Source: an uncultured Pseudomonadota bacterium
GTDB taxonomy: Bacteria > Babelota > Babeliae > Babelales > CAIQNR01
Assembly: GCA_964570505.1 (NCBI GenBank)
Contig: CAZMYL010000002.1
Coordinates: 118,608-182,607, forward strand
Direction of reading: 5' to 3'
DNA: 64,000 bases
In this document: piece after piece, positions 57,548 through 64,000 of the stretch
How positions within the stretch are numbered: the stretch's first letter is position 1
Layout of the letters: every line of letters starts with the position of its first letter
Translations under genes and position numbers: made by a program
The notes under the pieces: generated by a model
What the model was told of the DNA's origin: nothing
Seen by the model: only the letters and a program-made list of their open reading frames with translations
Database searches by the model: none

Positions 57548-58168
57548 TTAATTGTTTTTTAGCACATTAAAAATCATTTGACTCCATGTTTCCATAGTAT
57601 CATAGTAGGATTTACATTCTTCTAGCGTAAGCAGTTGTCCATTTTTTAGCTCAGATTTAATACTAATTTTTTCAGAATCACCTTTAAGTAGTATTACAAA
57701 ACCAATATGAACCTTACCAACATCAGTTGAATCATCGTTTAAGATGCCAAGAGGAATCTCTTCTAATTTTCCAGAATAATTAACTTCTTCGTAAAATTCG
57801 CGCAACGCCCAATCTAAAAGTGAATTTCCTTTGATATCTTCTTTGCGTATATGGCCTCCAATACCAAAAGAGTATTTTGAAGCAAGTCGTTGTTCCGATG
57901 CTGTTGCCCTGCGTTGCATTAAAAAATATTTATTATTATGAGTAAATATTAGATAAGGAATAATTTGCTTATATCGTGTATCTGTTTCTGCTTCTGGTCT
58001 AAACATAAAAATTGCTTTGTCTTTAACAGTAGCAATTTCTTGTGAGAGGTCGCTTTTTTTAAATCCGGTCCATAGCTCTTCTGAGCAAATATCATTACGT
58101 TTAAGTACTAAAATAGTTTCTTTAGTAGGTTCTACAATTTGAGATTTTTCTTTTATTAAGTTTGTCAT
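57548..58168 (-). CDS. Nudix-like hydrolase (divergent Nudix box)
   Basis: GIGGHIRKEDI...LDWALREFYEEVNY resembles Gx5Ex7REUxEExGU but with a lengthened spacer. Confidence 0.55.
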   Translation of the reverse strand: MTNLIKEKSQIVEPTKETILVLKRNDICSEELWTGFKKSDLSQEIATVKDKAIFMFRPEAETDTRYKQIIPYLIFTHNNKYFLMQRRATASEQRLASKYSFGIGGHIRKEDIKGNSLLDWALREFYEEVNYSGKLEEIPLGILNDDSTDVGKVHIGFVILLKGDSEKISIKSELKNGQLLTLEECKSYYDTMETWSQMIFNVLKNN

Positions 58169-58224
58169 CTGCTTTCCTTTGATAATAGAGAATAAAAGGC
58201 ATTAAGGTTTACTATAAATCATTT

Positions 58225-58252
58225 TTGACTAACAAGCACTAGAGAGTAAACT
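58225..58252 (+). promoter_or_regulatory. candidate promoter for leuS
   Basis: TTGACT (58225-58230), a 16-nt spacer, then TAAACT (58247-58252). Confidence 0.3.
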
Positions 58253-58297
58253 ATTTTTATTGGAAGAGCGTTTTTTGTGCATATAAGGATCATAATT

Positions 58298-60739
58298 ATG
58301 GCGTATAATATAACTGAAGTGGAAAAGAAGTGGCAAAAGCATTGGGAAAGTGATCCTGATGCACGTGTTATTCGTTCACAAAATGGTAAAAAATATTATT
58401 GCCTAGATATGTTTCCATATCCATCAGGGTCAGGCTTGCATGTTGGTCACTGGCGTGGATATGTCCTTTCTGATGTGTATGCTCGTATAAAATGGCTTGA
58501 AGGTTATAATGTACTTCATCCTATGGGGTGGGATGCTTTTGGTCTTCCTGCAGAAAATGATGCAATCAAAAAAGGCATTCATCCCGAAATTTCTACTGCT
58601 AAAAATATTGCAACTTTCAAAGAACAACTTAAAGCCGTAGGCGCTCTTTATGATTGGGATAAAGAAATAAATACTACTGATCCTGATTATTATAAATGGA
58701 CCCAGTGGATTTTTTTACAAATGTATAAAGCTGGTCTTGCTTATAAATCTGACATGCCAATTAATTGGTGTCCTTCATGTAAAACAGGTTTAGCAAATGA
58801 AGAAGTAATTAATGACTGTTGTGAACGTTGTGGCGCTACAGTTGAACAGCGTAATATTCCTCAATGGGTTCTTCGTATTACAGATTATGCGGAAGATCTT
58901 CTTTCTGGTCTTGATAAATTAAACTGGGAAGACAAAGTAAAAACTATGCAACGCAACTGGATTGGTAAGACTGAAGGTTTAGAATTACTTTTTCCTATTG
59001 AAGGTCGAATTGGCAAATCAATTGCTGTATATACAACCAGACCAGAAACAGTCTATGGAGTTACATTTGTAGCTATTGCTCCAGATCATCAAATGGTTGA
59101 TTTTTTATGTACAGTAGATTTTTATGATCGCGTGCAAATGTATAAACAGAATATTAAAAATCAAACTGACATAACCAAAAAGATTATAGAAAAAACAAAA
59201 ACAGGTGTGTTTACAGGTACTTATGTTATTAATCCTTTTAATAATCAAAAAGTACCTCTTTTTGTAGCTGATTATGTTCTTGCAAATACTGGAACTGGAG
59301 CTGTTATGGGCGTTCCTGGGCATGATGAACGTGATTTTGAATTTGCTCAAAAAAATGGCCTTGGAATGATTCAAGTTATTGATTCTCCACAAGCTAAAAT
59401 ATCTAAAGAAACAGGTCGGCTGACCTCTGCATATACTGGTGACGGAGTATTAATTAACAGTGATTTTTTAAATGGTCTCAGTTCTGTTAACCAAGGTATA
59501 AATGCTGCAATTACCTATGCTCAAGAAAATGGATTTGGTAAAAAATCTGTTAATTATAAATTAAGAGATTGGATTTTTTCTCGTCAGCGATATTGGGGAG
59601 AGCCAATACCTTTAATTCATTGTAAAAATTGTGGAACGCTTCCTGTGCCAGAAGATCACTTGCCTATTACATTGCCTCATGTTGATCGTTATGAGCCAAC
59701 AGGAACAGGGGAATCTCCACTTGCAGGAATAGAAGAATGGGTAAACACAACATGTTTTACATGTTCTGGTCCTGCAAAACGAGAAACTAATACAATGCCT
59801 CAATGGGCAGGCTCATGCTGGTATTTTTTACGTTATCCAAATCCTCATTTGAAAAATGCTCCATTTACTCAAGAGGATATGCAACATTGGTTGCCAGTTG
59901 ATTTGTATGTAGGTGGTATAGAACATGCGATTTTGCATTTATTATATTCTCGTTTTTATGTAAAATTTTTACATAAGGCAGGATTTTTATCTTTTGATGA
60001 GCCATTTACTCAGCTTTTTAATCAGGGAATGGTTTGTAAATTTTCAGAAAAAAGTGGTCTTGTAGAAAAAATGTCAAAATCAAAAGGCAATGTTGTTAAT
60101 CCTGATGAGATAGTTCAAAAATATGGCTCTGATGTTCTTCGTATGTATGTTTTATTTATGGGTCCTCCAGAGCTTGATTGCGAATGGCAAGATACTGGCC
60201 TTGAAGGAATACGTAGGTTTGCTGCACGTGTAATTTCTTATTTTTCAGATATTACTTTTGTAGATGACCAAGAAGAATCAGATGATATAAAACGACTTGT
60301 TCATACTTTTTTAAAAGAATATCAAACAAGACTTGCGCATTTTAAACCAAATACAGCACTTTCTTCAGCTATGGAGCTTTTTAACGAACTTATAGGTTTG
60401 CAAAAAAATGTTCTTACTAAAAAACAAGCAGAAGCAATTATAACATCGCTTTCTGTAATGGCACCGCATATGGCAGCTGAACTTTTAGAAAAATTATTTA
60501 ATAAACAACTTCGTGATTGTGTATGGCCTGTTTATGATGAAACGTATACACAAAAAGATTTTGTTGTTATTGCAGTGCAGGTTAATGGAAAACTTCGCGC
60601 GCAAGTTCAAGTTTCTGTAAATGCAATAAAAGAAGATGTTGTTGCGCAAGCTCGTATTGCTGTTGATAAATGGATAGATAATAAAGAAATTAAAAAGACT
60701 GTTTTTGTTTCTGGTCGTTTAGTTTCTTTTGTTATTTAA
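58298..60739 (+). CDS. leuS: leucine--tRNA ligase
   Basis: [16 protein letters not shown] start, HVGH (LHVGHWRGY), [13 protein letters not shown] lies before ATG 58298. Confidence 0.97.
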   Translation: MAYNITEVEKKWQKHWESDPDARVIRSQNGKKYYCLDMFPYPSGSGLHVGHWRGYVLSDVYARIKWLEGYNVLHPMGWDAFGLPAENDAIKKGIHPEISTAKNIATFKEQLKAVGALYDWDKEINTTDPDYYKWTQWIFLQMYKAGLAYKSDMPINWCPSCKTGLANEEVINDCCERCGATVEQRNIPQWVLRITDYAEDLLSGLDKLNWEDKVKTMQRNWIGKTEGLELLFPIEGRIGKSIAVYTTRPETVYGVTFVAIAPDHQMVDFLCTVDFYDRVQMYKQNIKNQTDITKKIIEKTKTGVFTGTYVINPFNNQKVPLFVADYVLANTGTGAVMGVPGHDERDFEFAQKNGLGMIQVIDSPQAKISKETGRLTSAYTGDGVLINSDFLNGLSSVNQGINAAITYAQENGFGKKSVNYKLRDWIFSRQRYWGEPIPLIHCKNCGTLPVPEDHLPITLPHVDRYEPTGTGESPLAGIEEWVNTTCFTCSGPAKRETNTMPQWAGSCWYFLRYPNPHLKNAPFTQEDMQHWLPVDLYVGGIEHAILHLLYSRFYVKFLHKAGFLSFDEPFTQLFNQGMVCKFSEKSGLVEKMSKSKGNVVNPDEIVQKYGSDVLRMYVLFMGPPELDCEWQDTGLEGIRRFAARVISYFSDITFVDDQEESDDIKRLVHTFLKEYQTRLAHFKPNTALSSAMELFNELIGLQKNVLTKKQAEAIITSLSVMAPHMAAELLEKLFNKQLRDCVWPVYDETYTQKDFVVIAVQVNGKLRAQVQVSVNAIKEDVVAQARIAVDKWIDNKEIKKTVFVSGRLVSFVI

Positions 60740-60741
60740 TT

Positions 60742-60798
60742 TTTAGAAATATTATAAAGCGCCTGTTTAAAAAAGAGGCTTTTTATAATATTTCTAAA
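60742..60798. terminator. long AT-rich inverted repeat between convergent genes (possible bidirectional terminator)
   Basis: TTTAGAAATATTATAAAGC ... GCTTTTTATAATATTTCTAAA: 17-19 bp arms with a 2-nt bulge, around a ~20-nt spacer. Confidence 0.45.
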
Positions 60799-60804
60799 AT
60801 AGTA

Positions 60805-61218
60805 TTAAGATTTGTGTGACAATTTTATTTGTTTTTCATATATATCTTTTAACATTTCAAAATAGTAATCAGCAGGTCTTAAAGACAATGTAATTATAGA
60901 GTCGCAAGGGGTTTTTATGTCGCGACCGGCATTATAAGTTTTTTCTTTATGAAAATAATAGACATTAATACAGTTTTGATCGCTTAGAAGACCTTCATAT
61001 GTACTATAATTATCATTTTCGCGATGCCAAACTTTTTGAATATCAGATGGTTTAATATCGGTAAGTTTTTTATGGTATGCATCAGTAATTGGTATTCCAC
61101 TTGCTTTAAGAGCTAGAAATTCGGTTATTTGTAATGTTTTAATAAATGCTTTTTCTGATTCTGAGCCTTTAACCGTAAGCTGTTTGATTAACAGTATTAT
61201 TAAAACTATTTTTTTCAT
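60805..61218 (-). CDS. small hypothetical secreted protein
   Basis: 137 aa with leader MKKIVLIILLIKQLTVKG. No domain recognised. Confidence 0.5.
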   Translation of the reverse strand: MKKIVLIILLIKQLTVKGSESEKAFIKTLQITEFLALKASGIPITDAYHKKLTDIKPSDIQKVWHRENDNYSTYEGLLSDQNCINVYYFHKEKTYNAGRDIKTPCDSIITLSLRPADYYFEMLKDIYEKQIKLSHKS

Positions 61219-61284
61219 AAAAGCCTTTTTTTTATATAGGTAAAAAATATCTATAATATTGAAAAATAGTTAAAGTAAATTTAA

Positions 61285-62697
61285 TTAAAATCCAAAACCA
61301 AATTTAAAATGCGTTCCCCATATCATCATTGCTTTTACTTTATGATGAGGTGATTCTGCAAAAAAGCCTCCACCAAATAAAAAGTCATGATCATGTGCAC
61401 GATGTGTGTAACCAACAGTTCCATATGCTTTAAAAACCATTACTGGTGGCATAGCTCCTGAAGATATATTTAAATCGCTAATAATAATAGGAACAAATTC
61501 TGCATCATCAGGTCCAATAACAGCGATGGTACTAGTGCTTGCAGTTGTTAAAGGCATGCTACCTGCAATTCCATAAATATTTTGCCATGGTTCTGTAAAT
61601 CTTATTTTATCTCCCGCATGTGCCCAAATTCCAAATCCTACTTCTCCTTCAAGGCCTTTTGACTGTACGCGAACTCCAAAGTCAAAATCTGTAGTATGAT
61701 GTGGGGCAACCATTACTTTTTGTGTTAAAATATTAACACCTGGAATGGTAACATTAAAAGGTTCATATATTGATCGTAGTTGTAAGAAACGGCTCCAATC
61801 TTTTTCTTTTAAATCAAATGTTCTATAGCGATGATCTTTCATAAGATAGGTGTTTTCAAGATCTATATGAAGGTTTACTTGATATGAATCAGATGCTCTA
61901 TTCATAGGCAATTGCAAGCTAAATCCCCACATAACGCCAAGGTGAGCGTCGTTTCCAACTTGAGTTTGAAAAAGAAATTCATTACTTGGTTTTTTGGTAG
62001 TTGGAATTGAAAGAGCTGAGTAAGTAACGGCATATGCACGTCCATTAGAAAAGATAGTGGTTCCATATGCTATACGAACTTCAGCAAATGTTTTTTTTGG
62101 AGGAACGTATGCCATTTTATCAAAGAGCCATGTTTGGTTATTGAATGCTGTTAAAATATCGTAAACAGGATCTGCTGTGCTTCCTTGATTTTGAACATTA
62201 CTTTGTGAAAGATTGATGTTTTGTTTATTAATGGTAAAAGGTGTTGAAATTGCAACCCATGAATTTGATAAAAAAGGAATATCAAAAAGATCGCCAACCA
62301 TACGTCGAGCTTCAATTCTAAATCCAGAAGATTGGTAACTTGGTGATATGGTTAAATATCCAGAAAAATCTGATGGAAGGCCTATCCAAAAAGGATTGAC
62401 GTCTCTGTTTAATGAAGATCCATCAACATAAAGTTGTGTTCTATATTGTGGTAAGAAAAATTGTTTTATGTGATCAGTAAAAAAACCTTTTTGATAAAAT
62501 CCTGTTATCTGAAATGCAAATTTATGGTCTTTATTAAAAAGAGCCGTATGCCACAAACTTTTGTCCATAGCTATGTTTTGAAAAATGGGATGAACATACA
62601 TAGATGTTCTACTTGCGATAGGAGGTTGTGGATAGGGGTCAACTTGTGAATATAAATAAACGGTTGTTGCAAATAACAAAAGGGTGATTCTTTTCAT
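61285..62697 (-). CDS. outer-membrane beta-barrel protein (porin-like)
   Basis: Signal peptide MKRITLLLFATTVYLYSQ. Alternating-hydrophobicity strands rich in Gly/aromatics. The C-terminus ...THFKFGFGF ends in Phe, as OMP sorting signals do. Confidence 0.65.
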   Translation of the reverse strand: MKRITLLLFATTVYLYSQVDPYPQPPIASRTSMYVHPIFQNIAMDKSLWHTALFNKDHKFAFQITGFYQKGFFTDHIKQFFLPQYRTQLYVDGSSLNRDVNPFWIGLPSDFSGYLTISPSYQSSGFRIEARRMVGDLFDIPFLSNSWVAISTPFTINKQNINLSQSNVQNQGSTADPVYDILTAFNNQTWLFDKMAYVPPKKTFAEVRIAYGTTIFSNGRAYAVTYSALSIPTTKKPSNEFLFQTQVGNDAHLGVMWGFSLQLPMNRASDSYQVNLHIDLENTYLMKDHRYRTFDLKEKDWSRFLQLRSIYEPFNVTIPGVNILTQKVMVAPHHTTDFDFGVRVQSKGLEGEVGFGIWAHAGDKIRFTEPWQNIYGIAGSMPLTTASTSTIAVIGPDDAEFVPIIISDLNISSGAMPPVMVFKAYGTVGYTHRAHDHDFLFGGGFFAESPHHKVKAMMIWGTHFKFGFGF

Positions 62698-62764
62698 GTA
62701 CTAAGTCCTTTTTTAAGTAGTGCATTAGTTATAGCATTATTGATTCTAGCTAAAAAACAAATTC

Positions 62765-64000
62765 TTACCATATTTTATCATGCATCACGAGGATCTCTGC
62801 AATTTTTTGAAAAAGAGGAGCTGTTACTGTTGCAGCAAGCAGATTTTCTTTTCGTGATTCTTTTATATAACAAGCAATAATTCGTTTGTATTCATTTTTT
62901 TCTATACTACCAACAAAACAAAAAAGATTTTTATGAGAATTATATTTTCCTTGTTCAATAAGATTTGCTGTTCCTGTTTTGCCAAAAGTTGTATAACCTT
63001 CAATTGCTCCATAAACAGGTGATCCTTTTAATGATTTTTTTTCTAAAATCATTCTCATTTGATTAATTGATTCTGAGGAATATATCTTCTCCCCTTTTAT
63101 TATTTTTTGATCTTTTAGAATACGTGGAGTTACAAGATGACCATCGTTAGAAAAAAGAGCAAAGGCTCGCGCAAGTTGTAAAAGTGATGATGTAATTTCA
63201 TATCCATATGACAAAGAAATAATAGATTGCTTTGACCATTTTTTTGGCGGCATTACAAAACCAGATTGCTCTGATTGAAATGTTATTCCTGTTTTTTCTC
63301 CAAAGCCTAATTTTTTATAGTGATCATATAATTTTGGCCCAATTTTTTTTGCAACTTTTGCTATTCCAATATTGTTTGATTTTTTAATAATTTCTTTAAA
63401 AGGGGCCACTCCAAGAACGCTTTGTGGCACTGTATTGATAGTTCGTCCTTCTAGTATTGTTGTTTTTACTCCTAGGCAATCAATTTCTTCATCTGGTGTA
63501 ACTATGTTTTCTTCTAATGCTGCAAGTGCAGAAAATGTTTTCATAACAGATCCAAATTCATACACTTCAGTAATGGGTCGGCAGCGCGTATTATTAATTA
63601 TTAATTCATGAGTATTATTAGGGTTGAAAGTTGGATAACTACATAATGCAAGCAAGTCTCCATTAACAGGATCCATAACTACAACACCTCCTTCACTTGA
63701 ATGATAATGTGCAATTGTTTCTTCTAATGCTTCTTGGATAAGAAATTGTAGATTTCCATCAATGGTTAGTGTTATTGGGCAACCAACAGATCCTTCTTTT
63801 TGAATTTTTTTTGAAAAGTAAAATTTTCCTGATCGAGCATCTTTTTCAAGAAGTGTTGTAGAAGGAGACCCTATAAGTTGTTGATCACAAAGAAGTTCAA
63901 TACCAAAAAGTCCTTTATTGTCTATGTTGGTAATACCAATAATAGTTCCAGCTTCTGGTAAAGGATAAAAGCGATTTGGTTCTGAAATAAGATGAATATC
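62765..64000 (-). CDS. ftsI: penicillin-binding protein, FtsI/PBP2-type transpeptidase; 5' end beyond the window
   Basis: The frame stays open from 63676 to nt 64000 (DIHLISEPNRFYPLPEAG...). SxxK (GSVMK), SxN (KSNN) and KTG (GKTGTA) are present. Confidence 0.9.
   Translation of the reverse strand, partial: DIHLISEPNRFYPLPEAGTIIGITNIDNKGLFGIELLCDQQLIGSPSTTLLEKDARSGKFYFSKKIQKEGSVGCPITLTIDGNLQFLIQEALEETIAHYHSSEGGVVVMDPVNGDLLALCSYPTFNPNNTHELIINNTRCRPITEVYEFGSVMKTFSALAALEENIVTPDEEIDCLGVKTTILEGRTINTVPQSVLGVAPFKEIIKKSNNIGIAKVAKKIGPKLYDHYKKLGFGEKTGITFQSEQSGFVMPPKKWSKQSIISLSYGYEITSSLLQLARAFALFSNDGHLVTPRILKDQKIIKGEKIYSSESINQMRMILEKKSLKGSPVYGAIEGYTTFGKTGTANLIEQGKYNSHKNLFCFVGSIEKNEYKRIIACYIKESRKENLLAATVTAPLFQKIAEILVMHDKIW

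Overview
The window is a visibly AT-rich, tightly packed bacterial chromosome segment that uses genetic code 11; TGA is used as a stop, for example at atpD and alaS. I recognised no rRNA, tRNA, CRISPR array, transposase or integrase.

Housekeeping genes are scattered through the window: atpD-atpC, typA, pth, alaS, glyA, efp, nusB, murI, ndk, rpsA, leuS, a partial ftsI-type PBP, and a partial P-type ATPase.

Three groups of accessory content stand out:
- **Glycan locus (about 26.9-47.9 kb).** It follows the ABC-transporter (Wzm/Wzt) pathway. It holds wecB, wecC, a bi-domain oxidoreductase, a nucleotidyltransferase and an AsnB-like amidotransferase. It also holds one intact and one truncated GT4, five SAM methyltransferases and a transglutaminase-like membrane protein. 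Finally it has a duplicated module of a GtrB/ArnC-like GT2 with an uncharacterised polytopic membrane protein.
- **Eukaryote-like or host-interaction-type genes.** These are a SET-domain protein, an ankyrin protein carrying seven copies of an unassigned ~86-aa repeat, and a proline-rich tandem-repeat protein.
- **Oddities.** These include an atpDC pair detached from the other atp genes and followed by an orphan HerA-like ATPase, and a signal-peptide-bearing MutS-like protein with destroyed Walker motifs. There is also an EF-P with Arg32, a tandem family of four small LTXXQ-like periplasmic proteins, and two secreted-protein genes whose signal peptides are knocked out of frame by start-proximal poly-A runs.

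Skp, a beta-barrel OMP ending in Phe and Wzm/Wzt indicate a diderm envelope. The SET and ANK content in an AT-rich, compact genome suggests a host-associated lineage such as Dependentiae/TM6-, Legionellales- or Chlamydiae-like. That lineage call is inference only.

All functional calls rest on motifs read by eye from the ORF translations; no database search was run.
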